Under the pieces are notes generated by a model that saw nothing but the letters and a program-made list of their open reading frames with translations, searched no databases and was not told where the DNA came from. Position numbers and translations under genes: made by a program. DNA of 63,706 nucleotides, counting the filler, from Circinaria calcarea (lineage: Eukaryota), in NCBI GenBank assembly GCA_051942165.1. It is 4 parts of 4 records of this genome, joined end to end, with 100 filler letters (N's around TTAATTAATTAA, not from the genome) between each part and the next. Parts side by side here need not be neighbours in the genome. Positions count along the whole stretch, not along the records: positions 1 to 15,882 come from JAVECS010000346.1; 3 more parts are not named here. One strand, given 5' to 3'. Each line of letters begins with the position of its first letter. The first letter of the stretch is position 1. Below are positions 1 through 11,325 of this stretch, in pieces.

Positions 1-207
1 CCCCCGTATGAGGCTTGCATATCTCGCGTGTATCATATCATCTCATATCGTCCCGTTAAAAAAAAATCCTCCGTCCCGTTGTCAGCGCCATCCCGAACTG
101 AACCAACCCAACTCAAAGTTCACAAACGCTCTAGGGAAGAAGAAGAAGAAGCCCAGCCGGTTTTTGTAAAATCCCACCCCCTATTTCTCAACGACTCCTA
201 TCCTATC

Positions 208-3200
208 CTATCCTATCCTTTTCCCCTTCCCACTCGATCGCTGGCTTAACCACTGAGAACTCCTCAAGCCCCTCCCACTTCCATTTCTACTTCCACTCCC
301 ACTCCCACTCCCCAATCCCTTTCTCACTTCCCTCTCCAAATCCCAAGTCCCCAGAAAACTGCCCGCCTCATCGAGAACCTCGTCGAGACTCCAGCCCGGG
401 TGCTGATACTGCCCATCTTGCAGCTGCCCTTGCCCGGTACCACTCAGCGAGGAGCGGAAAGAGCGGAGGCCCGAACGGGGTTTGGATGCGGAGGGCTGGG
501 ATTGGGGACGGCGGGGAGTGGAGGTGTGGAGGGATTCCGGGCTGGAGAATTGGCCGCGAGCATTGCGTTGCCGCTGCGGAGTTGGGTGTTGGGAATTGGG
601 ATTCCTTGGTGTGAGTTTTGGCGAGCGGGATTTGGAGGCTGGGGTGGGTGTGGTTTTTGTGGCAAACATTGGTGATTGCTTTGTCGGAAGGTTGTTTTCA
701 TTGTGATTCTTTTGAGTGAATTGGTTGTCACCATGTTCAGCTAGTCCGTTCTGTTGAGGACCCTGTAGCTGGGATACGCTTCGGACGAGTACGATGCCTT
801 TATTACTCTTCAGGTTCTCCACATATTTTCGCTGCTCCGTCATATGCTGATTAAATGCTGTCGATTGAGGTGCTAGGCGATCAAGTACTCTCGGAATTTG
901 TCCCAGATCCCCGTTCTCATCATTGATCACCGGGGCAATTGTGTTGTGGCAGAAGCTCGGAAATCTTTCTAAACTAGGGCTATAGTCTATATTAGGGTCG
1001 GCGGGAGTTGCTCCCACATTCATACATGCTCTATCAAAATCGTCATCTATGTCTTTGGACTTGGTTGCTCCTGGTTTTCTCCGCTTGGATGGTGAAGATG
1101 TTGGACTACTTGTCCGCTTATCAATAGGTTTCTTGACAGTTGTAATGGCGAAGGGTGTCATTTTGTTGACCAAATCTTGCGTACTAATCGCTAGGTCCTC
1201 GAGTCTGTTTGAGAATCTTTGCTGTGGAGGGCCAGCGAATGAATCACGTATGTGGCCGAGAGGAGTCATGTTTGTCTGAGGACTCTTCGCAGAACTCGTT
1301 TTTCTTGCTCTAGTTGACAAGGGTGACGATGTCTCAATCTTGTTAGCGGGTGATTCTAGATCCAATTGGAACGCCTGCTGAGCTCGTGCCACCGCGGCTT
1401 GCGTCGAAAACGCAAGATCCGAGTTCCCTTCGTCGGTAGTGGCAAACTGCAAAGATTGCCTGTCTGTTTCGAGTAGGTTTGTCGATGGCTCGGAAGGGAG
1501 TTTAATCCTTTGGCCTGGCTGGTCTGAAACAACTTGACCGGATGGGAGAGCAACAGATGCGTTGGAAGTCTCATTGGAAGGTCCCTTAGGAGACACCGTC
1601 AATGGCGACTTCTGGGTACGCCTCGGAGGTACTCGGATCTCAAGCACTAATTTCCCAGATGTGGAAAAACTTAGACGTCTTGGAGCTTTGGCATTTTTGA
1701 TATGAGCTCTGTCAGACTTGACTTTTTCTGTAGCCGGGCCTGGATCAGTCGAAGGAAACGATCCATCGTCGACATTAGGAGTCTTTTCAGTCTGAGATCT
1801 GGTGTTCGATGCATTTTCTTCGGGGGCTGACTTGAAGGTTTTGGTAGTGCGATTATATACAAATTCGGGATGAGTGGTCGAAGGAGGAATGACGTGAGGC
1901 GATCCGGTGGCTACTCGGTCAAGGATTTTTGTAGGTCTCTGGTCGGTGCTAGATTCGGCTTCTGTGCCTCTTTCAGCTCCCGATTGCTTCCTCGTCCCTT
2001 TAGGCGTTGGCCCAGGTGCGTCATCCGGAAGTGGTTGATCCGCAGCGAGGTTGCAATTCTTCCGGACAGCCTCTTTACTCAAATTTTCCATATCATCTTT
2101 CAATCGTTGGGCCATCTCGGCAAGGCCAACCAATCCCCGTAATGGCTCAGCCCAAAAGTCGATCGGTATGTGAACTGTCATAGGGGTAGTCCGATTGCTA
2201 GACGCTTGGAAATTGGACGGTTTCGACGATCCCGATGGGGCTTGGATTTGGGGATTGTGCTTTCCTGCTTTTAATGTCTTTCGGGTTATTGGAGGTGAAC
2301 GAGGCGCCCTTGAGGCTTTGCTTGGTGGAACAGTGATATCCGGGAAAAGTGAATTTACTTGGTCGACAACGGCTTGGGTGCCTTTACAAAATGCAAGCGT
2401 TTGTTCCCGTAAAGTTTTGTCCTTCATCTTCGAGGCCTCCTTGATCGCAGATGCCAATGTCAAGGCAGATTTAGAACGTATCGTATCCTCTTGTTCATTT
2501 GACGTAGTATCTTCAGACGACGAAGAGCTATATACTGGAGTCACTTTCCGTTTGCTCTGCTTCTGAGTTTTTGGAGTCGGCGTAGGAAGATTTACTCGAC
2601 CTGGTCTGTCTCTCTGTAGCTTGGCAAGCACTGCTGCGGGTTCCTTGATTGTAACAGGACGCACTCTCTCGCCTCCCGGTCTACCTTTCCGGGACCGCAC
2701 CCATCCTGGATTCGGATTACTATCTGAAATATCATCTTCAGATAAGTCCTCCTCTGACAGACTTGGCGGCGATCTTGCATAGTGTCGTCTATCATCCGAG
2801 TAAGGATACCTTCGTTGCTCTTCAGCAGAGCTCATTTCACTGCCTTGGCTGGAACTCTCTTCTTCACTCGAGCTCTCTGCACTCGAATCTCCATGGCTTT
2901 GTTTGGTATCCCTCCTCGCAGCAGTAAATCGAGGTAGAACATGCGACTTATTGACCTTCTGTCGCTTTGCTTTTCTCCAGGGGTTTATCCACCCGTCATG
3001 GAGCGGTCCTCGAAGGCTCGCGGACAGAATAAGCGGAGGACGGTCTTGTAAATACTCCCGCCCCAGGGCTTCCCTTTGTAACTTCTTCTTCACCCGGACT
3101 TCCGGTGCGTCTTCGTCCGAAGAACCAGCGCACAGAATTTCGTCGGGCGAATATTTAACTGGAGAGTAGCTGAGTGGTGATGTTGCGCGGGGAGTCCAGG

Positions 3201-3210
3201 GCGCAGCCAT
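208..3210 (-). CDS. Uncharacterised ~1000-aa low-complexity (S/P/T/R-rich) protein, probably nuclear
   Basis: Uninterrupted 1000-aa ORF starting with ATG. Short ordered-looking blocks (LILSASLRGPLHDGWINPW; FSTQAA; ISTQDL; AGSFLGTWDLE) sit in disordered sequence, with basic NLS-like stretches (KRRKP). Confidence 0.75.
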   Translation of the reverse strand: MAAPWTPRATSPLSYSPVKYSPDEILCAGSSDEDAPEVRVKKKLQREALGREYLQDRPPLILSASLRGPLHDGWINPWRKAKRQKVNKSHVLPRFTAARRDTKQSHGDSSAESSSEEESSSQGSEMSSAEEQRRYPYSDDRRHYARSPPSLSEEDLSEDDISDSNPNPGWVRSRKGRPGGERVRPVTIKEPAAVLAKLQRDRPGRVNLPTPTPKTQKQSKRKVTPVYSSSSSEDTTSNEQEDTIRSKSALTLASAIKEASKMKDKTLREQTLAFCKGTQAVVDQVNSLFPDITVPPSKASRAPRSPPITRKTLKAGKHNPQIQAPSGSSKPSNFQASSNRTTPMTVHIPIDFWAEPLRGLVGLAEMAQRLKDDMENLSKEAVRKNCNLAADQPLPDDAPGPTPKGTRKQSGAERGTEAESSTDQRPTKILDRVATGSPHVIPPSTTHPEFVYNRTTKTFKSAPEENASNTRSQTEKTPNVDDGSFPSTDPGPATEKVKSDRAHIKNAKAPRRLSFSTSGKLVLEIRVPPRRTQKSPLTVSPKGPSNETSNASVALPSGQVVSDQPGQRIKLPSEPSTNLLETDRQSLQFATTDEGNSDLAFSTQAAVARAQQAFQLDLESPANKIETSSPLSTRARKTSSAKSPQTNMTPLGHIRDSFAGPPQQRFSNRLEDLAISTQDLVNKMTPFAITTVKKPIDKRTSSPTSSPSKRRKPGATKSKDIDDDFDRACMNVGATPADPNIDYSPSLERFPSFCHNTIAPVINDENGDLGQIPRVLDRLAPQSTAFNQHMTEQRKYVENLKSNKGIVLVRSVSQLQGPQQNGLAEHGDNQFTQKNHNENNLPTKQSPMFATKTTPTPASKSRSPKLTPRNPNSQHPTPQRQRNARGQFSSPESLHTSTPRRPQSQPSASKPRSGLRSFRSSLSGTGQGQLQDGQYQHPGWSLDEVLDEAGSFLGTWDLEREVRKGLGSGSGSGSRNGSGRGLRSSQWLSQRSSGKGKRIG

Positions 3211-4155
3211 TCTTCTTTAACTCTTTGGTCGATTTAAGCTAACGACAGTGCGAAGATTACATTTTTAATATGCTAGATGGGTGAGTTGTTGCAGGAGGGA
3301 AGAACTGTCCATCGGTGAAATTGAAGTCTAGAAACAAGTTCGGTGAAGAGAGGAGTCATCGTAACCATCTGTGAGGTACGCAATGCACAACCGACTTGGG
3401 GCTCCTTCGAAAGGCCTATCACTGATTCTACGGTCCTGCATGGGCGGGTACTCTAACGGTAATGCTCGCTAGTTCGGGATCAAGGCACGACGCTAAGCCT
3501 TACCATATCAGTTGATCGAACCACATCACGTGAGAAAAAGGAGGTCCAGCAATGCCGACTCCAAAGTAGGATTTGAAGTCTACCTCAAAGTAAGTAGGTC
3601 ACTTAGGTGGGTATTTAAAGGGATTCAGGGATTTTGGATATATACACACATTATAGTTCTATCAAGAACAAAAGGGAAAAAAGGATTGAAAGGTGGCGTG
3701 GGAGTGGGGGGGTCAGTGTACCTACCTCGTACTCCGCCTTAACTTTACTGCGCGACCGCGTACTGCATACATGTACCTTAGGCATCTACTAAGCAAGATG
3801 ACATGTTTACCTTAGGAACGCCTGGATTACTCTCCCTAGGCTGGTGTACCTTATGCAGGATGGACACAGTGTGTATCCTGCAGATATATAGAGGATACCT
3901 ATACTCATCTACCGTACGTGAGCGCACTCATTCGATTCGATTCGAAACGCTCGCGATTACGGTACAAGATACACACATCAAGATTCGATGCATGGCAGCA
4001 CTTTCAGAAGCATGATTTGGTGGAAAATAAGTTACCCCGTTCCGCGACCGGAGTAAAACTGCAAAATGCTTCCAATTTCCCACAGGGTATCAATGCGACC
4101 ACGTAGGTAAACTCAAAAAGGAAACAGGAGAGCCATCCACCCATGCATCCATACC

Positions 4156-7100
4156 TCAATCTTCGACCGGCATCGGCGGCTGCACCTGTAGCTGACCATA
4201 GCCTTCCACATCACCACTGCTCTCACGTCCGTCCGCCTCACTTTCAGACCCAGCCGACCGACTCTCCCTTCCGGCCGCCACCTTCCTTCCAATACCTTCC
4301 CTCCTAATCTTTTCCCTCTCCCTGACCGTCTCCCGCTCAAACTCCACCCACGTCGCCCTCCTCTCCTCGACCTCGCTCCTACGGACCACTTTCTTCAAGC
4401 CATCGCTCGCGCGGATCAACCCATCGATACTGATGGCATGGTTGGTAATTTCCCCTCCGAGATAGGCATATACTTCGCCCGGTGTCTCACAGGCCACGAG
4501 CTGGCCTTCGTTCAACTTCAGCAGCGCGAGGGCGACTTGGAAGAGGAAGGTCGAGCCTCCGTTGCCATCCTCGTCTTTGCAGCAGAGCAGGACATCCCAG
4601 ACACGGTAGAGGGCCTCGGCGGATAGGCAGTCGGTGAACAGGGAGAGGAACCACTGAAAGGTAAGCGCCTCCAGCTCTATCCCTAGGCTATCCAGGTGCG
4701 CAGAGAGGCGCGGCAAAAGCTCCGAAACGTACTGCCGTAGAACCTGTTGGTCCGCCCGGCTGGTGAGAAGAGAATTGTCATAGTAATGTCTCGGGAGAAT
4801 ATTCTCGATCATGGAGACTAGCACCCAAAAAGCGTCTTCAGCAGTGGGCATGATGAGTAGCAACGAGGCCGTGATTAGGTTCATGCCTTGACAATACCCG
4901 ACTTCAGGATTCCGGCGCGAGTAAGCAAGCAAGACTTCGTTCAATTTGGCCACGCCGGGACCCTTGCGAAAGAAGACGTTGTCAGTCAAGGTCCGGTTAA
5001 TGTCCATTTGAATCTGGGCGAGGATAACGGGATCATCGACCCCATTGGTGATAAGGTCGTCATAATAGCCTGGGATACGCAAACCAGATGCTCCGCTGCA
5101 TTCAGCCCATACTTTGGCGCGGTGGGCAACAGGTATCCCAGCCAAAACTAGCGATTTAAACTCCTTGTACTTTGCCCGTCCTACCTTGCCCTTGCTCCCT
5201 AAAGTCGCTATCCCGATTATTTCACCATCCGTTAGAGACATTTCAGGCATGATTGCTTTCTGTGAACGAGCATCGAGGTTGGAAGCCAGTTCGCGTTGTT
5301 TTCCTCGTTCAGCACGAATCTTTCTCATGAACTCGTTCCATCTGACTTCCTTTTCACGTTGTAGGTTGTCATGAAGTTCGGTAAGCTGCGCGAGCAAGAT
5401 CTTGACCGGTTCCGCATCCGTTTGGACCGGTGTTGAAAAGGAAGTAGCCGTTGCAGCAAAAGGCTTCGATATCTCCGCGTTCTCTGCTGTTATTGATGAG
5501 GCGGACGGTTTAGGGGTCGGGCTCGGAGAAGGTCGATTCTCTCCATTATCACCAAAGGTTGGAGAACGCTTTAAAGAATTCTTAATATCCCCATTGGCAT
5601 TTGTCACAGTCGCACCCGACGATGGAGTATGTGAAAGCAGTTCCGTTCGTACCGTTGTAACCTTAAGATAATCCTGCCATCTTTTGGTAGATTTCTCAAC
5701 GGGCTGGTCGTTGGTAGATGCTGGCGTGTCTGGTCGCACATCCTGGGGTTTGTTCTCATCTGTTGCCTGCACACCTGGATCAAGGCTCTCCGTCGTATCT
5801 CGCGCATTACTTAGCATCTCAACGTTAGATGTACTTTTTTCTCGAGCTAGATTCACAAAGCTCTCTGCCTCCTTCTTTCTTCGGCGCTGATCGTATATAA
5901 ATCCAAATCTGTCCGTGAGGTAGTCTGAGGCGTCGTCAATATTCTGAAAAGATGGTGTCAGCGTCGGAGGCCGCGAGCCGTGCGGAAGTATTGTGTCCAT
6001 TTCCACAGGTCCCAGGTTGGTACTCATAGTGTCAATTGATGCGGGACTTGCCGGGGGAAGACTCTGCGTAGATTGCGATGATAAACCCTTGAAAGTCCCG
6101 TTTGGACCTACGGCTAAAGATTGAATAGGTTTCTTTGGTACCTGATTCATTCCAGTTCTGCTACTGACTCTTAGCAACGCCGCTCTAGCTGAGCTAGCTG
6201 TTTGTGTAGAAGATTTTGATGGATTTCGAATCGACCGTGAAGTTAAATTCCCGTTGGTAAAAGATCGACCCCTAATGGTGTCCTGATTTTCTGTTTCTCG
6301 ACCAGCCTGGGAATTACCAGCAAAGAGTTTCAGAGTCCACGATGCCACTGACATGGATGATGTTCGTGATCGGTTACTTTTGGAGGATCCCTCTGTTTCG
6401 GTTGAGTACAGGATATTTCTTTCGTGAGTGGTTGATCTACGGTGTGGCGGCTTGAATAGGTCGTCGCTCAAGCCTTTTCGTCGTGAGGCTGCACCACTGG
6501 TTGCTCGAGCTCGAGTAACGGTCTTGATTTCTTTGCCATTGTCGCTAATAGCGCTACTGGCTCGGCTTGATTTGCGACTGGTTCCGGTATTGCTCCAGAG
6601 GTAGTCCTTCCAGCCCTTTACGGTGGCATTTGAGTTATCGTACGAGTCAATGCTGGATACCGTAGATCTCTCATCGCTATCACGCCTCACAAGTCTAGAA
6701 CGCTTGATAGTTGCTTGCCCGTTTGGCTTGTCCACACTGTCCAAACAATTTTCATCAACGCCTGTATTAATTCCGACATCATCCATCATAGCTTCTCCCA
6801 CCATCTCATGGATTTCGTTGCTCGCAACGGGTACTTTCGTTGCTCCGGGGCAACGGGGGAGCTGTTTTAAGGTCTCCCCTTTCCTCGGACCGTTTCCTGC
6901 GGTTTGAACAGGATTGTCAAGATGATGCAATCTAGTCTCAATGTCCAGATTTGAGACTTCCACCTCCCGAAGCATCCTCTTGAGCTCTCTTTCCCGTTCC
7001 TCCGCCCTTCGTCGTAGAGTCGTCATCTCAACATCTCGTTGCGCCACATCCTCTGCCAGTTGTCGTATCAAGACTACGACTCCGGTCTTTGCTGCGAGAC

Positions 7101-7524
7101 GTCTAATAGCATCGTCACTGGCGTGGTGTAGTGCTCCGGGTACATGTTGCGTGGCACCGGGTGGAGAGTCCTCAAACAAGGATGAGCGTCCGCGAAAGGA
7201 GGGTGTATTGGCAACTAGGCTATCCACGATCGATGGCTTGTGCCTGGCAGACTTCGGTGGCGTCTGCAATGTTGTCTGGGTTGATACATTTGCGTGGAAG
7301 TTGCCGTCATGAGTAAGCCTGGGCGAATTCTCGGGTGAAAGCGAAGGGAAGGATGTAAGGGACTTGTCAGTCGTGGCGGTTGTAGGCGTAGTCTGGGCAG
7401 TAGAGACGGCCGAGGACTTCTTTCGAGGCCTCACCCGAACGGTGCCAGTTTTGTGACTTTTGGAGGAGGAAGTGGATGTACGGGACAGTGATCGATGCAC
7501 CATGCCATCACTACTATGCTCCAT
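4156..7524 (-). CDS. TBC-domain Rab GTPase-activating protein
   Basis: Intronless ORF; ATG at 7524 (MEHSSDG) preferred over the upstream GTG. C-terminal TBC signatures GIP..HR.KVW, QIQMDINRT (R finger), GYCQGMN (Q finger), QWFLSLF, RVWD; N-terminal coiled coil. Confidence 0.93.
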   Translation of the reverse strand: MEHSSDGMVHRSLSRTSTSSSKSHKTGTVRVRPRKKSSAVSTAQTTPTTATTDKSLTSFPSLSPENSPRLTHDGNFHANVSTQTTLQTPPKSARHKPSIVDSLVANTPSFRGRSSLFEDSPPGATQHVPGALHHASDDAIRRLAAKTGVVVLIRQLAEDVAQRDVEMTTLRRRAEERERELKRMLREVEVSNLDIETRLHHLDNPVQTAGNGPRKGETLKQLPRCPGATKVPVASNEIHEMVGEAMMDDVGINTGVDENCLDSVDKPNGQATIKRSRLVRRDSDERSTVSSIDSYDNSNATVKGWKDYLWSNTGTSRKSSRASSAISDNGKEIKTVTRARATSGAASRRKGLSDDLFKPPHRRSTTHERNILYSTETEGSSKSNRSRTSSMSVASWTLKLFAGNSQAGRETENQDTIRGRSFTNGNLTSRSIRNPSKSSTQTASSARAALLRVSSRTGMNQVPKKPIQSLAVGPNGTFKGLSSQSTQSLPPASPASIDTMSTNLGPVEMDTILPHGSRPPTLTPSFQNIDDASDYLTDRFGFIYDQRRRKKEAESFVNLAREKSTSNVEMLSNARDTTESLDPGVQATDENKPQDVRPDTPASTNDQPVEKSTKRWQDYLKVTTVRTELLSHTPSSGATVTNANGDIKNSLKRSPTFGDNGENRPSPSPTPKPSASSITAENAEISKPFAATATSFSTPVQTDAEPVKILLAQLTELHDNLQREKEVRWNEFMRKIRAERGKQRELASNLDARSQKAIMPEMSLTDGEIIGIATLGSKGKVGRAKYKEFKSLVLAGIPVAHRAKVWAECSGASGLRIPGYYDDLITNGVDDPVILAQIQMDINRTLTDNVFFRKGPGVAKLNEVLLAYSRRNPEVGYCQGMNLITASLLLIMPTAEDAFWVLVSMIENILPRHYYDNSLLTSRADQQVLRQYVSELLPRLSAHLDSLGIELEALTFQWFLSLFTDCLSAEALYRVWDVLLCCKDEDGNGGSTFLFQVALALLKLNEGQLVACETPGEVYAYLGGEITNHAISIDGLIRASDGLKKVVRRSEVEERRATWVEFERETVREREKIRREGIGRKVAAGRESRSAGSESEADGRESSGDVEGYGQLQVQPPMPVED

Positions 7525-7980
7525 AGTTTGTCGCCGTGGTATCCCAACATCCGCTCCGGAATGCACACAGCCTTTGAGTTTGACTATTACAAGCGTTCAA
7601 CGTTCATGTCGAGTAAGGGATGAGTAATATGGAAAGCCATCTAGTGCCCAAAAACAAATACCCAGATTTCCTGGTCAAAACCGTGCTGCCGGCGAGGTTG
7701 GACAGCCACTTATGGTCAGTGAAGTCAAGTGGAGAAGTTGGAAAATCCCGATGACCGGCGGTTGACGAGTATCGGTGGCATTACCCCCGAGCTATGATTT
7801 ATTGACGTGGTCGTCTGTTACTTGGTGAGGTATGCGCTTCTACTGTCTGACAGTGGTCCAAGTGTCAAACAAGCTACGTAATTAGGCATGCGCACCGGAG
7901 TAAGGGTCGGGCCGGAGTCATACCGACAGTTGAACGCCCGGCACACGAGTAATTTCTTCAAATGGTGCAATATGTAGTAA

Positions 7981-9525
7981 TTAGCTAAGTAATCGGAAAA
8001 GCATTGCAAATACCCCTACGACTACCGCCCCAAGTATGCCCAGCCCAAGGAGGATATCTTGGACTTCTATGGTCACCATCCGGGGTGAAGCAATCATCTT
8101 CTCAATCTCTTCATCGAGCCTCTGGGCCATCTTAGTCTCGGAGAATTCCTTCTTCACTCTCTCTTTCCCGGCCTGACCCATCGTCAACAACGCGTCATCT
8201 GTCATGATTATCAAAGCCTGTTGCATGACTCCCGTCCACTCCTCCACCTTTTCCACGGGTCGGAGCCAGCCAGTTTCACCATCAACGATGGTTTCGAGAG
8301 GGCCGCCACTGTTAGCTGCCAATACCGGAACACCCGCCAGCATTGCCTCGAGAGGAACGATACCAAAGTGCTCGTTGGATGGAGTGTAGACCAATAGCCT
8401 GGCAGTCTTGAGAAGCGTGGATTTCAGCTGCGCAGGAACGGAAAGTAGGAACAGAACCTCAATGTCGTCCGGAACAATGAAAGCGGTAACAACGTTCTTG
8501 ACCGTAGCAGTTTGGAGACCGAGACTCTCTGCTAATGAGGCCAACTCCTTATGATACGCCACGTTCTCTTGTACACGAATGTCGTAGCCGCCTGGAATAG
8601 AAACGGTTAACTATAGGTCGAGTACCCAGGTCTCGTGACATACCAGCAATCACCAGTCGGCTTCCTTCCCTACCTTCCCTACCTTTCTCGCTCAATCCGG
8701 AATATGCTCTGATGGCTAAACCCACGTCCTTTTTCCTTTCAAATCGATTGATGCTCAATATGACCTTTTTCTCCGGCCAAAGCCTTGGTTCCATATCCAT
8801 CCCATTTCTCGTCCCCTCTTCCACCCGGGTATCCACACAGGGATACACCACACCTATGCCCCTTACCTCTCCTAATCCCTTCCACACCCTCTCCACAACC
8901 CCCTTTGTGAACCCGCTATTAACAACCACCCTATCCGCCCCGTTCATCCCCCATCCCTCCACCCAATCAAATCCCAAACGCCATATTCTCTTCGACCAAT
9001 TTCTCCGCTGCTGTACGAGCAGCAAGTCCGGAAAATGGCAGTAGAATAGTATACGAGTGCCAGGCCGAAGGTATCGAAGAAGTGGGATGCCCGCGGACAG
9101 TTGGTCTACGAAAAACGCATCTGGTCGAAGGCGGGTAAGCTCGCCATTGAGAACGATGGTGATTAGGAGATGGTAGTGGCGCAGGATGGCAAAGAGGATC
9201 TTGAAGCGCCCAAGGAGGGTGGCTGGAAAAATGGAGTTGCCGCGGACGCGGACATCAAGTGTGCCTATAGTGATGGTCTTGTTAGCTACATGAGTGTAGT
9301 CAAGGATAATAGGGACAGGACAAGATGCGAGCGTTTGATATAGATGGCTGATAACTGACCATCTCGGGCTTCATCGAAGCAATGGCCTGGATCACAATGA
9401 CAGGTGAAAATTGTCACTTTGTGCCCTAGGTTCTGAAGACCGACGGCCCCATCAATAACCAGTCGCTCAGCACCACCTATACCAAGATCTGGATGGAAAA
9501 AGACAATGCTCTTGGCCCTAGGCAT
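7981..9525 (-). CDS. ALG2: Alpha-1,3/1,6-mannosyltransferase (GT4), 3 exons
   Basis: FFHPDLGIGGAERL, HCFDEARDG|TLDVRVRGN, SINRFERKKD, YTPSNEHFGIVPLEAM, C-terminal TM. Introns at ~9359-9265 and ~8643-8593 have GT..AG ends. Confidence 0.96.
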
Positions 9526-9854
9526 GCTACTTGCTAGACAATCGAAAACCAAGGCTATGCTTTTTCAACATACTAAGCAGGCATTCACAATTTTTACAAA
9601 GGCGGCCACGTGGGCGGTATCCAAATGCCGTTCATGGTTACATGATTTGTCCCGTATATATAATTCATTTCGGGTTTATTATATAAATCTTAGTGAGAGA
9701 TGAGACTATATGGCAGGACGACAATTTCGCACGCGAAAAATGTATGTTGCCTATCGTCCCGAGAATCGGTGCTTTGAGCCTTGCGGCTCGTCTAGTATAA
9801 CTCTACGCTGCTCGTGGTATATATATTGCAAATTGCCTCCCGTTCTTTCAAGCG

Positions 9855-11325
9855 CTAAGCCAGATGATAGAAATCCTTGTCATTACTGATCGCCACCTCT
9901 TCGACGATAGCATGGGTATTCGGCTCTCCTTGTTCAACATCAACTCGAATATCAGTCGTACACAGGACGCCGTCAGGTGTCAACCCTTTGGTGCTATCCG
10001 ACTCTGCCTCTTCCAACTTGGTGAGAGAGTTGAAATGCGGGCTCTGGGAGGCTGGTGTGCAACTATGATTTTCCTTCGTAGAGAACATGGTTCTCCTTCG
10101 GCTAATGTTCAGCTCAAGTTGCTCGGGAATATGTGTCCCCATTAAACCAGTCGGAATCTCCATCAAAAAACGGTGGAGGTACGGAGTGCACGCGGTTATA
10201 ATACTAGAATTCATTATCACTCTATAGGGCTTGTTAGCTTAAACAGTTTGCTTAAGGTTTGTGGACTAACTGAGTAAAAACACCCGGAGTCACGGCGGTC
10301 CCTGGAGTGTTCTAGTCAGTCGGCAGAACATATTCACAGTGGTGACTATATACGAACAGGTTGGGTCGGTGGAATGTAGGTAGACTGGTAGAAAAGCAAG
10401 CTGAAGACAACTTGCCAGACAAACCCTAGCATCCAGAAGTCAGAGCCTGTTGTCGAAGAATCCAGTTTTGGGAAACTTACAACAATCGAGATGCGAAGAC
10501 ACCTACAATGAGTAGACGGGTAGTGCATGGTAGTTGGACCCTCCACATTATACAAGTAGGAAGAATGACGAGCGCAAGATCGGTCAAGATGTTTAGAACT
10601 CCAATGGGATAGAAGAGAATACCCTGTGTAACTTCAGTATAAGGCCCATAAACTTTCTTTGCACCTGGGTAGTCTGACATCGCCGGTGCAACGCCTCGGC
10701 AAAAATATCCATGGGCGATGAATTCCACACTGCAGTGCTAGTGCCAAAACCGAAAACACAGTCCAGGCAGCTACAGCAATGATAATGGCGTCGGTAATGA
10801 GTCGGAACTTTGTTTGCGGTGTCAAACGTCTGATGAGAAGGCCGATGGAGGTTTTTGCGGTTGCAATTGCCATAATGAACAAGATTTCACTTGCATAATT
10901 GCTCTGGGAAACAGGTACAGGTCAGTATACGCCAGAGCAAGAGTTAATGCACCAAGATGCTAACCTTTGAATACAAGTCATACGCGGTATCTGACAGGGC
11001 GCTTCTGTGTTGCCCTAAACCGTTGTCCACAGCAAGTTGAACTGCACTGGTTTGGGCTACTGCAAATCCCTAGATTGTACGTCAAACCGTGAGCATACAT
11101 TGTAAACACAAACCATCCGATTTCAAAGTCTTCGCTTACGGTTGCTACCAGAAAGAACACATCATCCCATCCTGAACGACGTTTAAGGACACACATCGTA
11201 ATGAGTCGAATGATGGCGACAAAGATGGTGGTGATCAGAAGTACAAAGCCTGTCACTATTACCTTCGCACCTTGATTGTCTGGAGAAATGACTTCGAAGG
11301 GAGCTTCAAATTGCTGTTCCGACAT
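9855..11325 (-). CDS. PTH11-like (fungal rhodopsin-domain) integral membrane protein without CFEM, multi-exon
   Basis: Several hydrophobic exons with WDD, AKTSI, LALQC..P, NILTDLALVILP..W.VQ, F..RL, SIITACTPYL..F, the typical PTH11-like motif order. Confidence 0.85.
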
